From NCBI GenBank assembly GCA_964625685.1, contig CAZVBO010000001.1, positions 153,570 through 217,569 of the forward strand: a stretch of DNA of 64,000 bases, given 5' to 3'. A program made the position numbers and the translations under genes. Below the pieces are notes generated by a model that worked only from the letters and a program-made list of their open reading frames with translations, did not search any database and was not told where the DNA came from. This DNA comes from an uncultured Pseudomonadales bacterium (GTDB taxonomy: Bacteria; Patescibacteriota; Microgenomatia; UBA1400; PJMF01). Position 1 is the first letter of the stretch. Each line of letters opens with the position of its first letter. Positions 37,196-47,262 of this stretch are shown here, piece after piece.

Positions 37196-38470
37196 TTGAT
37201 ATTAATGATTGTGAAATTTATGAACATTCGACACATTTTACTGTGGTTTGGTTTATTATTCATTGCCTCACTCCTTCGTTTATGGCATTTAGACAGCTTA
37301 CCAGCGGTGGTTCACCGAGATGAGGCCTCGATTGGCTATAATGCTTATGCGATTGCTCAGACCGGCCACGATGAACATGGAGTGAGGTATCCGATTAATT
37401 TCCAAGCTTTTGGAGAGTATAAACTACCGGGTCTCATTTACTTGACAGTGCCTTTTGTGAAAATACTGGGACTCAATGAATGGTCCGTGCGATTGCCCAC
37501 AGCTCTTGCAGCTTTGCTCTGTTTGCCTGCTCTTTTTGGGTTAACAAAGGAAATGGGGTTTTCAAAGAAAGTGACTTGGCTAAGTCTGATTTTACTCACT
37601 TTTTCTTTTTGGCACATCACTCAAGCCCGGAATGCCTACGAACCAATGATCGGTTTACTCCTCAGTTTAGTGGCATTGAGTAGCTGGCTAAAAGGTTTGA
37701 AAAAAGGTCGATGGTTTATCTTATCACTGGTGGCATATGGATTAAGTTGCTGGTTTTATAATGTGCCCTGGTTACTTCTGCCGTTAGTATTTGGAGTTTG
37801 GAGTTTCATTGACTGGTTTCATCAACGAGGTAGCATTCGTTCAAAACTCCTGGCTCTCATTGCCGTAGGATTGGTAGCCCTAAGTGTAGGTTGGATATTG
37901 AGCGGAGTGAATGCCAGCCGGAGTGGGACTACCGTTTTTAGTAATCCCGAATTAATTGAAGAATCACAAACGTTAGTTCATGCTGGTTTAGTGGGCGGGT
38001 TGCCTTCGATTATTGCTCGAGGGGCACAGTATAAATTGGTTTTGGCGATAGTTAAAATCGGTCAGGGTTATTTAGCATCATTTAGTCCAACCTATCTTTT
38101 CTTTACTGGTGATGGCAATGCTTGGCATAATTTACAGTCGATTCAACTAGGGAATATGAATCCGGTTTTACTTGTTTGGATTGGGATCGGATTGTGGGGA
38201 GTAATTTCACAGTTAAAACAAAAATCCCACCAGTTATTATTAAGTTATCTGTTGTTAAGTCCAGTCTTAAGTGCGGTGACCGTCGACGCTCCAATTACCA
38301 ATCGATTGCTGGATTTCCATGTAGCGTTAATTATCGTTGCCGCCGTTGGTTTGAGCTGGTTGTGGGAAAGAACAAAACTTAACCAGTGGGCAAAAGGAGT
38401 TTTCATTACGTCGTTGATAGTGTATGTGGGGTTTGTTTGTTTATTTATTGAAAGATATCTTTATTTTTAA
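37196..38470 (+). CDS. GT39/ArnT-like (PMT_2) membrane glycosyltransferase, N-terminal main part
   Basis: HRDEASIGYNAYAIAQTGHDEHG...FGEYKLPGLIY is typical of GT-C family 39. Confidence 0.7.
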   Translation: MILMIVKFMNIRHILLWFGLLFIASLLRLWHLDSLPAVVHRDEASIGYNAYAIAQTGHDEHGVRYPINFQAFGEYKLPGLIYLTVPFVKILGLNEWSVRLPTALAALLCLPALFGLTKEMGFSKKVTWLSLILLTFSFWHITQARNAYEPMIGLLLSLVALSSWLKGLKKGRWFILSLVAYGLSCWFYNVPWLLLPLVFGVWSFIDWFHQRGSIRSKLLALIAVGLVALSVGWILSGVNASRSGTTVFSNPELIEESQTLVHAGLVGGLPSIIARGAQYKLVLAIVKIGQGYLASFSPTYLFFTGDGNAWHNLQSIQLGNMNPVLLVWIGIGLWGVISQLKQKSHQLLLSYLLLSPVLSAVTVDAPITNRLLDFHVALIIVAAVGLSWLWERTKLNQWAKGVFITSLIVYVGFVCLFIERYLYF

Positions 38471-39008
38471 TCAGGTATTGCATCCCTTTTGGAATCCAGG
38501 AGTCAAGACACTCGTCCAGGAAGTGAATCAGCGTCAAGCGGAATACGATCAAATTTATGTCACTTCCGATTTAGAGTTGGGCTACATTTTTTTTGCTTTT
38601 TATACTCCCTTTGAGCCCAGTCAGTTTGCCGCAGAAGCAGAACGATATACCTCCGGGTTTGATCAAGTTGGCCGATTTCAAAAATTTTCTTTTGCTCGGT
38701 TTCCGGTTGAGTGGCGCAGTTTTTCTTTAGAAACAATTGGGAGTGTTTTTTATGATGATGTGGATAGAGTGCTGATTGTTGACCGGGGTAAAACAAGTGA
38801 ACAAATGAAAAAGGATCTAGAAATTACTGATTGGAGAGGTAATATACAATGGACTTTGTGGTCGGTAAGTGTAGATGAAGTATTGGCTCAGTTGAAAGCA
38901 TTACCGATGACTGAAGAGCGACAAGTGGAGATAGAGTATTTAGAATCGTGTCAGGCGGGGTGGTGTGATCGAGAATTGCTACCCGAGACTGGAAAAAGTA
39001 ATTACTAA
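38424..39008 (+). CDS. Probable C-terminal periplasmic domain of the preceding GT39-like gene, read in a different frame (frameshift at the T5 run around 38455-38462)
   Basis: Removing one T from CTTTATTTTTAAT joins ...ERYLYF to NQVLHPFWNPG.... The combined length of about 605 aa is typical for this family. Confidence 0.5.
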   Translation: MWGLFVYLLKDIFIFNQVLHPFWNPGVKTLVQEVNQRQAEYDQIYVTSDLELGYIFFAFYTPFEPSQFAAEAERYTSGFDQVGRFQKFSFARFPVEWRSFSLETIGSVFYDDVDRVLIVDRGKTSEQMKKDLEITDWRGNIQWTLWSVSVDEVLAQLKALPMTEERQVEIEYLESCQAGWCDRELLPETGKSNY

Positions 39009-39042
39009 GTGTTCGTAGTTTCATTTTGATAACAAATTATTA

Positions 39043-39116
39043 TGTCATCCTCGCGCACGCGGGGATCTGGGATATTGGTTGTGTTTTTCCAGATTCCCGC
39101 TTTCGCGGGAATGACA
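39043..39116. repeat. MITE-like palindromic element, copy 2 (subfamily A)
   Basis: TGTCATCCTCGCGCACGCGGGGATCTGGGA...CCAGATTCCCGCTTTCGCGGGAATGACA. Confidence 0.75.
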
Positions 39117-39124
39117 AATAGAAG

Positions 39125-39634
39125 TTAGTACTTCCGACTATCATACGCCCAGTGGAGAAGGGCTTGGCGTTGTTTACGGCGGCAGTCAAAGTCACCTGTA
39201 TGGCAGTTGGCTTTGAGTTGACCTAAGTGGCGGCGAAAGGCTTTCCAACGGTTAATTTGACGTTCATCTTCGTTTGGAATTCTTCTCCCCATGTAATATC
39301 GGCAGTACCATTGGAACCAACCTCGGGGATCTTCCTCATAAATCCAACCTTTTTGTTGCCAGACGGAGAGGGGTTGGCTGGCGTTGATTTTGAAAAAGTT
39401 GAGTGCTGGGTCGTGAAATTCGTGGCAAAGTTTAGCTTTAGTGTACCAGTCAGCAGGAAACTCTTTAGCACAATCAGTCATATACTTGCCACCAAAGACA
39501 CCCAGTTCGAGCATTTGTTGGGGGATGAGATCAGGTTTGAAGTCTGAGTCAAAGTGTTTGCCCATCGGTTCATTGAGCACATATTTATAATTGCGTTGCA
39601 TCAGGTCATTGACGACCACAATTTGGTTTGCCAT
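39125..39634 (-). CDS. Hypothetical Cys/Trp-rich protein, possibly Zn-binding
   Basis: A 169-aa ORF (GWFQWYCRYYMGRR, CHTGDFDC) with no family recognised. It is flanked by a MITE copy and tRNA-Ser. Confidence 0.5.
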   Translation of the reverse strand: MANQIVVVNDLMQRNYKYVLNEPMGKHFDSDFKPDLIPQQMLELGVFGGKYMTDCAKEFPADWYTKAKLCHEFHDPALNFFKINASQPLSVWQQKGWIYEEDPRGWFQWYCRYYMGRRIPNEDERQINRWKAFRRHLGQLKANCHTGDFDCRRKQRQALLHWAYDSRKY

Positions 39635-39677
39635 AGCTTAACTTTATGGGAAATGGAGTGGGTGGTAAAGAGAAGAG

Positions 39678-39762
39678 CGGAGGTGAAGAGATTCGAACTC
39701 TTGAACCCAATAAAGGGTCTGGTTTTCAAGACCAGTGCAATTGACCGCTATGCGACACCTCC
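39678..39762 (-). tRNA. tRNA-Ser (anticodon TGA), type II
   Basis: Reverse strand GGAGGTG...CTGGT-CTTGAAA-ACCAG, variable arm GACCCTTATTGGGTTC and T arm AAGAGTTCGAATCTCTT-CACCTCC-G. Confidence 0.8.
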
Positions 39763-39880
39763 AATTGCCATATTTTATCATCTCTCTTGAGTTTATACAG
39801 CTATAAAGACTATCTGAGCATTTGAATTAGTTGCTTGGATTTTACAGACAAAGTCAGAAAGATAGTATAGAATACAAACT

Positions 39881-40165
39881 ATGATTACTCTCACTTTTGC
39901 TTCAATTATCGGTGTTTTAACTGTGGGAGTTGGATTGCTGGTGAAGCTGTTAGGTTTTCCTGATCAGTTCTTAAAAAATTACCGCCGAAAATCAACGGAA
40001 GGACTGTCAGCCGTTTTTTACTATCTAGCTTTTGTGTCATATATCCTGTGGACTATTCATGGCATTTTGGCAAATGATTGGGTAGTTATTTTAGGCCAGG
40101 GCGTAGGTGTTTTAACTACGGGAGCTATCGTGTGCCAATTACTATTGTATAGAAATAAGGAATAA
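39881..40165 (+). CDS. Hypothetical small membrane protein
   Basis: A 94-aa ORF with 3 TM helices. Confidence 0.35.
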   Translation: MITLTFASIIGVLTVGVGLLVKLLGFPDQFLKNYRRKSTEGLSAVFYYLAFVSYILWTIHGILANDWVVILGQGVGVLTTGAIVCQLLLYRNKE

Positions 40166-40169
40166 GAAC

Positions 40170-40514
40170 ATGGGTATTCAAGTTGAATTTAATCCAGATT
40201 TAGCTTTGCGAAATATGAATGCTTACAAAGATGGAGAACGACAAATTGAGGAGTGTATTCCTGAAAAAATTGAAGTGGGACAAGAATACGATTTCTTAAA
40301 AAAGGGTCAACGGAATTATTGGTTGATGGGAGAAATTCCACTGCTAGAAACCAAGGGGAATGGTAATTTGTCCAAACCAAAAGCCAGTATTATGATCCTA
40401 GAAGCTATTCATTTTCTCCAAAATAATGAAGTCTATACCAGAGGGAAATATCGAGTAATCGAAGTATTTAATGATGATGACATGATTCACTTTAATGGTT
40501 TTGCAAAAGTATAA
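40170..40514 (+). CDS. Hypothetical protein
   Basis: A 114-aa ORF with an RBS-like upstream sequence. Confidence 0.4.
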   Translation: MGIQVEFNPDLALRNMNAYKDGERQIEECIPEKIEVGQEYDFLKKGQRNYWLMGEIPLLETKGNGNLSKPKASIMILEAIHFLQNNEVYTRGKYRVIEVFNDDDMIHFNGFAKV

Positions 40515-40528
40515 ACTAGAAGTTTATT

Positions 40529-40671
40529 ATGACTATTCGTCCTGCTCAACTCACTGACCAAGATACTGTTTTACAATTATTGGATGAATTTTGAACAGTG
40601 CTCACGGTTTTTATCAAAAATATGGATTTGAGAGTAAAGCCCAGCGATTTGTTAAGCCATTAGAAAAGTAA
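40529..40671 (+). pseudogene. GNAT acetyltransferase remnant (internally deleted)
   Basis: MTIRPAQLTDQDTVLQLLDEF-stop, then AHGFYQKYGFESKAQRFVKPLEK-stop. HGFYQKYGF is the GNAT motif B / C-terminal signature, but only about 45 codons remain. Confidence 0.5.
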
Positions 40672-41083
40672 GTTTAGACATTCTAAAGAGTAAAAAACAT
40701 TTTAATACTGGTGTTTCCTTCAAAAATGCTATACTGAGTATATGCAAAAAATAAAAATTGAACAACAAGCCGTGTGCGGCGGCTTTTGGTTTGCCGCATG
40801 GATGTTTACCATTGGGATTCTTGATCTCAGTTTTTGGCAAGGAGTAATCGGCATCATTATTTGGCCATATTACTTGGGTCATGCCTTAACAGCATGGCTG
40901 TAATGTCTTCAATTTTCAGCCAGAGTTTATAATACACATTTAATAAGTATTAACTATAGGCTTTTAGCCTGGTATAATACGTATTCAACAAAGGTATTGA
41001 AATTAGACTGAGTAGTTACTTTGTCACCAAGTTTCTACCCTAACTTCATCTAATCTTTGTAAAATTAAAGGAAAATCAATTCC

Positions 41084-41284
41084 ATGACCGTCGAACAAGA
41101 CACACGCCAGCAATCCGGAATTCATTCAGCTCCTCGCAGAAATGAAGGTCCTCGGTTAGAAGATCCAAAAGTCAATAAAGCACAACTTGATCGTGTCCAA
41201 AGAGAATTCTTTCTGGGAATAATTAAAATTGGAGTGCCGGTAGGGATGGCTTTGACAATTCTGAAAGCATTACATCTTCTCTGA
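41084..41284 (+). CDS. Hypothetical small protein with a C-terminal TM helix
   Basis: A 66-aa ORF with an RBS GGAAAA upstream. Confidence 0.3.
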   Translation: MTVEQDTRQQSGIHSAPRRNEGPRLEDPKVNKAQLDRVQREFFLGIIKIGVPVGMALTILKALHLL

Positions 41285-41287
41285 ATT

Positions 41288-41557
41288 TTATTTATCTTCT
41301 GTGCGTCGATTATGTTCAATTTTCTCAATAGTTGTTGATGGATCAACATCAAGGGTTTCATCAGGCTGAACTTCTTCTCGGGGAACTTTTCCACTTTCAT
41401 AGTCGTGAATAATATCTTGAGTTGCCTCTTGAATAAGCTGAGGCAGTTCTTTTTGAAACTGGGCGGCAAATTCTTGTTCAAATTGTTCTCCCTTGGTGCC
41501 CCACTGCGTATCTTTTTGAATAAAGAGACTGTAGAAAGCTTTCAGCTTTGTCCACAA
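41288..41557 (-). CDS. Hypothetical protein
   Basis: An acidic 89-aa ORF. Confidence 0.3.
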   Translation of the reverse strand: MWTKLKAFYSLFIQKDTQWGTKGEQFEQEFAAQFQKELPQLIQEATQDIIHDYESGKVPREEVQPDETLDVDPSTTIEKIEHNRRTEDK

Positions 41558-41575
41558 CAGATATCTAAAGTGATA

Positions 41576-43849
41576 CTATACATAGACAGGTGAGAGCAAG
41601 AATTTATAGTCAGGACGGAAAGATCCATCAAGTTGTTCCACATGATTTTTAAGTGTTCCATACACTCCAAAGAAAAACTCATTAAAGAGAAACACCGTTA
41701 AGGCATAGGGAATGACTGTTTCTAAACCAGCTATAGGATCTTCTTCTAGACCAACATTGACTGCATCAGCGGCAATTTTGGTCATAATAAATAACAGCAC
41801 AAAGGGAAAAGTTTGCTGATATATTACATCCATTTGCACAAATTTATCGAGTCGGTGTAGAAAGTTAAATAGAACCATATTGTAGATATTAAATGATTTG
41901 TTCCAGCGCAGTTGTTGTTTTAACCAGTCAGCATATGATTCAGGGCAGTCTGTCCAGACAGCACTATCTGGATTAAAGAGTGATTCGTAACCTCGTTCTA
42001 TCATTCTGGTCGAAATTTCCCGATCATCTCCAAATGTAGCCCGACCGGCCACATGGGTGAAGAAATACCAATCAGGGAGAATTTCGCCCAGCATGTCACT
42101 ATCCATGTAGACCCACGGTCCGGACATACAGGTAACTTCACCTGATTCTGATTGAGCAGCACGTTCTTTAAAGAAAGCATACCAATAGCGTTGATACGTC
42201 ATTTCAGTTAACAAATTGGTGTCTCTTGTTTCTACTCTGACATCTCCGGTAATTGAACCAGCATTGGGATGAGCCTGTTTCATCAACTCAGAATTTAAAA
42301 CTGCCAAAGGATCAGAGATCTGTGTATCACTATCAATATTGAGAATTCGATCATGTTTGAAATCTGGTAATTCAGCAATGTTTAAGTTGGCAATCATCTG
42401 ACTTAATTTACCTCTGAAATTAGCTCTGGCCTCTTTTTTCTCCTGCCTGGACATTGTTTTATCTTGTCTTAAATATTCGTTAAACTGGGCATAGTATTGC
42501 TTTTCGAGTTGATCTAGGTAGCCCCGACCCATAGCAGCCGCAAAGCCCATCGCCATAGCTTCTCGTTTACCCCGAGATGGTTGAGCTAATAAAACGGCTT
42601 GACATTCGTTTCGACCTTCGGTTTGATTTACTTGATTGACAATGGCTTGAATTTGAGCAAATTCTTGTTGTTTTGCCGGTGAGCCGTTGGGATCATCGTT
42701 GTAGACCACAAAAGCAGTAGTGACAGGATAGGCTTGGTCTTTGACTGACAAGAGTAATTCCTGAATACTTCCAGGTTCTACCTGATAAGATGGGATTACC
42801 ACTGCGACAGTAGGTGGATTGGGCCCAATTTTTTCATCAATGACTTTTTGGGCAATGTTATTCAAAATATAATCACGGTTAACCTCATAGCCGTATTGAT
42901 GAAGTTTCACAATATATCGATCCACTAATGATTGATAATCGGGATTTTTACTTGCTTTAAAACCGACTTTAATTAAAAACTCATCCCAGCCTAAATTTTG
43001 ATCTAGAATTTTTTGAGCTTCTTGAAAAAGTTCTTGGTCATTGGGATCAAGTTCACGAATAAAGTACTGAAAAGTTTCAATTAGTGGTTCTCGATTATAA
43101 GAACGAGCGCGCTTATTCCAGCGTTCAGCTCGTTCAGTTTGCCAGACGTTCCGCCCAATCGCAGCCATTCCATAGATTGACAAGAAAAAAACGAATTGTT
43201 CACTCAAACGACCAATTTCTACTCCGATATCTAAGATCGTTCCTCCAATAGCAGCAATTCCCAACATCACAATCAGAAATAAAAACCAACGTTCCTTAAG
43301 TGTAGCAAAAAGAGGGACGGTTTCAGTTTCAGCCTGATGTTGTTTGAGCTGAGTAAACCAATCAGGAATTTCACTAGAGGAGAAAACTTCTTCAAAATTG
43401 GTAAAGGCTGTTTGGTCAATCGGAATGACTTTAATGGCAAGTTCTGATTGAAGTTGAGCTAAGAGCTGCCCATCAATGCTGCTGGGTAACGGTAAAACAT
43501 TTTGTTGGGAATTATCCTTAGCATACCCAATATTTTTAAGAAATTGTACAATTTGAGTTTGTTGTGCATGAAAGTCGAATATTGTTTCCGCGCTAAAGAG
43601 ATTCTCGATAAGTTCTGGATCAACTAAAGAATAGTTAACTTGCTTTGCCTCCCTTGATTTTTGGCGGTAATCAGTGGCTAAGTCAGGGTCTTTTTTTTCA
43701 TTTCGAGCTACGATAGCTTGACGACGCCAATAGACCGACTGCAGTAGTGCAATATCCATGTCAGGAAACTCTGTAAAATCAGGAATTTCACCAGTTCGTA
43801 AATAGGCGATAAGTTCAGGGGAGAGTTGTTCGGAATGAGAAGTTGGCAT
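41576..43849 (-). CDS. Processive family-2 glycosyltransferase (cellulose/chitin/hyaluronan-synthase-like) with a large N-terminal extension
   Basis: VVIPSYQVEP..., DSDTQ (DxD) and QQLRWNKS (the Q(Q/R)xRW motif), with TM helices both N- and C-terminal to the catalytic domain. Confidence 0.7.
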   Translation of the reverse strand: MPTSHSEQLSPELIAYLRTGEIPDFTEFPDMDIALLQSVYWRRQAIVARNEKKDPDLATDYRQKSREAKQVNYSLVDPELIENLFSAETIFDFHAQQTQIVQFLKNIGYAKDNSQQNVLPLPSSIDGQLLAQLQSELAIKVIPIDQTAFTNFEEVFSSSEIPDWFTQLKQHQAETETVPLFATLKERWFLFLIVMLGIAAIGGTILDIGVEIGRLSEQFVFFLSIYGMAAIGRNVWQTERAERWNKRARSYNREPLIETFQYFIRELDPNDQELFQEAQKILDQNLGWDEFLIKVGFKASKNPDYQSLVDRYIVKLHQYGYEVNRDYILNNIAQKVIDEKIGPNPPTVAVVIPSYQVEPGSIQELLLSVKDQAYPVTTAFVVYNDDPNGSPAKQQEFAQIQAIVNQVNQTEGRNECQAVLLAQPSRGKREAMAMGFAAAMGRGYLDQLEKQYYAQFNEYLRQDKTMSRQEKKEARANFRGKLSQMIANLNIAELPDFKHDRILNIDSDTQISDPLAVLNSELMKQAHPNAGSITGDVRVETRDTNLLTEMTYQRYWYAFFKERAAQSESGEVTCMSGPWVYMDSDMLGEILPDWYFFTHVAGRATFGDDREISTRMIERGYESLFNPDSAVWTDCPESYADWLKQQLRWNKSFNIYNMVLFNFLHRLDKFVQMDVIYQQTFPFVLLFIMTKIAADAVNVGLEEDPIAGLETVIPYALTVFLFNEFFFGVYGTLKNHVEQLDGSFRPDYKFLLSPVYV

Positions 43850-43977
43850 AAAGTCGATTCTGTTACATACAGTTTGATCTAGGTATTACATATTATATAC
43901 AGATTAAAAATTGATGCTACACCAGTTTTTCAGATACAGGAGTTCTCATTTATGGCTCAATCGCGTAAGATAATAGT

Positions 43978-46149
43978 ATGTGGCAATGGAGTAAATTTTT
44001 GACGAGTAGCAGATGGATTATGCTCTTTTTTGTGGGAGCCACGGCTATCGGTTCGCTTACCACTTTTGTCTTATTAGAGAAAAATAACGCCACCGATCCA
44101 GTTACCCCTGAAGTTATCCATAGCTTGTCAAATCGACTTACTGCCTTAGAAACTCAACCAACTGGCACTTCTTCAAATAATGAGGAGAGGAGTTCTACTG
44201 TTCCTACCAGAGATACTGAAACCAGTTCAGTGGCTCCATTTACCCGTACTATTATTGAGAATGTCACTAAACTCATTCCAACTAATGAAGTTTTAAAGCT
44301 GGATGATGAAGTGGTACTAACTACAGCTAATTTAAACGATTTATTGCCTGGGGCTGAGGGAGGTAATCCTCTTTATTTTGATAGTGAAAATTGGGCCACA
44401 GCGACCCATATTTATCTTAATGATGGCCAATTGGGGATTGGTCGCCAAACTGATAAAACGTTAGAAGTGGGTGGAGATACGCATATTGTAGGCACGTTGA
44501 TTATTGATAATCCGAAAGACAGTCATTTAATAGAACTTACTCCCAGAGGAAATACTGGTTATTTATCCTCAAGTGGCGGAGCGCTTTATCTGAACAATAC
44601 CTACAATATTGGTTCGGGAATAGGTATTTTCTCTGATGCTGGTGCTGAAGCTGAAGGCAACATGATTAATATTAAAGTTGATAATCCGCTTTTTAATCAG
44701 GCAGCATTCTACATGAACTATGATGGAACCTCGAATGCAGTTGAAATTCGAGCTAATACCAATGACCGCTCTTCCAATGCCCTCAGTCTAACTAATTTTA
44801 ATCAGCTAGATAGTGGTCTGGGAGTCATTGGCTATGAACTTGATCGAGGATCAATTAAAGTTTCTCATTACGGTTATGGGAGTGATTCCTCCGCATCAGG
44901 CCTTTCGATTGATCTTCAAGGAACTGGTACAGCCGCTCAAGGCATTTATGTTAATTCAACCGCCATAGGAGGAACTAGTGGTAAATTATTAAGACTCCGA
45001 AATGAATCTATCGATCGATTTGTAGTGGATAATCGTGGTTCTTTATCTTTAGGAGCGGCTGGTACGGATACCTCTATTACTAAAATTGGAAATAATGCGG
45101 ATGATCAATTTTTTGTGGGAACAAATGGAGCCTTTCGAGTCCAACGATCGGTCACAGACTCAGAAGCTTTCCGAGTTCAAGTGGCAGGAGATACCTATGG
45201 CCGCTGGCTGGGTACTGCTGATGGAAAATTGAAATGGAGTAGTGGTCATGATGATTATGACGTGGTGATGCAACGGACAGCTGCTAATACTTTGACTTTA
45301 CTAGGAGGAACATTTGAAGCTAAATCACTTGCGGTGAATAGTGACGTCATGAAATGGACAGCGAGTGATGGCTCGAGACTTGGAAGAGTGGTAGAAACCA
45401 GTGGTGGACATGGGTGGTTTGAGGTGGATGATAGCTCAGGCAATGCCAAAATTGTCTTTCGAGCTGATGGGGGAAATAATTATGTGAATAGTGGGAATTT
45501 TGGAGTGGGCTTAACTACTTTTGGCACAAATGCTAATCGGGTTTTAGGCATTGCTAATGGAACGGCTCCCACGACTTCTATTGCTGATGGAGTCCAACTG
45601 TTTGCTGCAGATTATGACATGGGTGATGGTACAGTCACCAGTGAGTTATTAGTTCGGGATGAGGATGGTAACGTAACTACTCTCTCTCCACACAACTTCT
45701 CTCTCTTACCTGAGGAGAATCAGGCTGATATGGATTGGACATATTATTCTGAGAAAAATGGAAAAGCGATAAACGTTAATATGGCACAGGTAGTTCGATT
45801 GGTCGAACAATTGACTGGTCAACAATTACTTTACATGAAAGATTTGCAATCTGGAGAATCTCTGAGACAGCTTTCACTCCCAGGTGATTCCCCTTTTCAA
45901 ACAGCAACACCTTCCGCAATAGTTCAACCACCGACTCTACGTGGTCAAGTAGTCATACCAATTGATACGATAGAAGTAAGAGTCGAATTTCCCTCTGCTT
46001 TTGAATCTGATCCAATCATAACTGTTACCCCACTTAATTTCATAAGTGGTTCTTATCGTATCCAAAAAAATCAACAGTCTTTTACACTGCAGCTTCAACA
46101 GCCTCAAAGCGAAGAAGTGAGATTTGACTGGATGGCTATCCAAAAGTAG
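43978..46149 (+). CDS. Large membrane-anchored surface protein, Gly/Ser/Thr/Asn-rich beta-rich repeats
   Basis: A 723-aa protein with an N-terminal TM anchor, a Thr/Ser-rich linker and then repetitive G/N/S/T-rich segments reminiscent of beta-helix or fibre proteins. Confidence 0.5.
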   Translation: MWQWSKFLTSSRWIMLFFVGATAIGSLTTFVLLEKNNATDPVTPEVIHSLSNRLTALETQPTGTSSNNEERSSTVPTRDTETSSVAPFTRTIIENVTKLIPTNEVLKLDDEVVLTTANLNDLLPGAEGGNPLYFDSENWATATHIYLNDGQLGIGRQTDKTLEVGGDTHIVGTLIIDNPKDSHLIELTPRGNTGYLSSSGGALYLNNTYNIGSGIGIFSDAGAEAEGNMINIKVDNPLFNQAAFYMNYDGTSNAVEIRANTNDRSSNALSLTNFNQLDSGLGVIGYELDRGSIKVSHYGYGSDSSASGLSIDLQGTGTAAQGIYVNSTAIGGTSGKLLRLRNESIDRFVVDNRGSLSLGAAGTDTSITKIGNNADDQFFVGTNGAFRVQRSVTDSEAFRVQVAGDTYGRWLGTADGKLKWSSGHDDYDVVMQRTAANTLTLLGGTFEAKSLAVNSDVMKWTASDGSRLGRVVETSGGHGWFEVDDSSGNAKIVFRADGGNNYVNSGNFGVGLTTFGTNANRVLGIANGTAPTTSIADGVQLFAADYDMGDGTVTSELLVRDEDGNVTTLSPHNFSLLPEENQADMDWTYYSEKNGKAINVNMAQVVRLVEQLTGQQLLYMKDLQSGESLRQLSLPGDSPFQTATPSAIVQPPTLRGQVVIPIDTIEVRVEFPSAFESDPIITVTPLNFISGSYRIQKNQQSFTLQLQQPQSEEVRFDWMAIQK

Positions 46150-46167
46150 ATACAGTAAAATAACTTC

Positions 46168-47226
46168 ATGGATTCACCTATTCGAATTTTATTTTTGACT
46201 CGTCTCTACCTCCCTCATCAGGGAGGAGTAGAACGTCACATCCAGCAATTGATCCAACATTTGCCGAAGTCGAAATATGAGATTACGCTCGTGGCAGAGC
46301 AAGATAATGAAACTGAAAAGTTAATTGAAAAGATGGACGGAGTTACGATTTATCGAATTCCTCTTCCAGGGCAGCAGTCAAATAAGTGGTCAATTTGGCA
46401 GTGGTGGTGGCAACACCGCTCTTTGCTATTTGAGAGTGATATTATTCACATTCATGATGTCTTTTTTTGGATTTTACCCTTTTTTCCTTGGCTAAAGCTT
46501 TTGCGTAAAAAAGTTTTTATGACTTTCCATGGCTACGAAGGGAATCAAAATCCTCGCTGGAATCAAAAATGGTGGCATTGGTTGGCTGGAAAGTTGAGCA
46601 ATGGGAATATCTGTATTGGGAGTTTCCACCAACCATGGTATGGAGTTAAACCGGATATCATTTCTTATGGGGCAGTTGAGCCAATAGACTCTTCAAAGAC
46701 AAAGCCCCCTACCCATTTATCTTCTCCGCTCAAGATTATTTTTGTTGGCCGATTAGCCGAGGATACTGGTTTGATGACTTATTTAACCGCTCTGAAAAAA
46801 CTGAACCTGGATCATAAATTTCATTTAGATGTGTATGGTAATGGTTCTGATTTAGCCAAAGCCAAAAAATTGGTAGAACAACAGAAATTACCAGTCTCTT
46901 TTAAGGGATTTATTCCCTCTGCTGAAATTCCTTGGCATCGCTATCAGCTCGCTTTTGTTTCTCAGTATTTATCAATCCTGGAGGCTATGTCCGCCGGGTT
47001 ACCCATTATTGCTTATGCGGGTTTTGAACTAAAATATGATTATTTAGCCAGAACTCCTTTTGCTCAGTGGATTAAAATCACGCGTTCAACCAATGAAATA
47101 AATCAAGCCATTTCTCAAGCTGTAGCTTCTACTTGGGCTGATAATGTTAGTCAAAGTCAAAATTGGGCTAATCAACAAACCTGGCAAAAACTTGCTACTC
47201 AATATCAATACTTATGGAAAAATTAA
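46168..47226 (+). CDS. Glycosyltransferase family 4-like
   Basis: N-terminal RLYLPHQGGVERHIQQL (GT4 N-domain) with a Glycos_transf_1-like C-terminal half. Confidence 0.6.
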   Translation: MDSPIRILFLTRLYLPHQGGVERHIQQLIQHLPKSKYEITLVAEQDNETEKLIEKMDGVTIYRIPLPGQQSNKWSIWQWWWQHRSLLFESDIIHIHDVFFWILPFFPWLKLLRKKVFMTFHGYEGNQNPRWNQKWWHWLAGKLSNGNICIGSFHQPWYGVKPDIISYGAVEPIDSSKTKPPTHLSSPLKIIFVGRLAEDTGLMTYLTALKKLNLDHKFHLDVYGNGSDLAKAKKLVEQQKLPVSFKGFIPSAEIPWHRYQLAFVSQYLSILEAMSAGLPIIAYAGFELKYDYLARTPFAQWIKITRSTNEINQAISQAVASTWADNVSQSQNWANQQTWQKLATQYQYLWKN

Positions 47227-47262
47227 TTGTCAAACCAGCATTTTGGTGGTTATAATAACACA

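Noticed and set aside
40652-40902. Small ORFs at 40652..40882 (-, 76 aa) and 40741..40902 (+, 53 aa, one TM helix)
   Set aside because: They mutually overlap in the region after the GNAT remnant. Neither has convincing signals, so I could not decide which, if either, is real.
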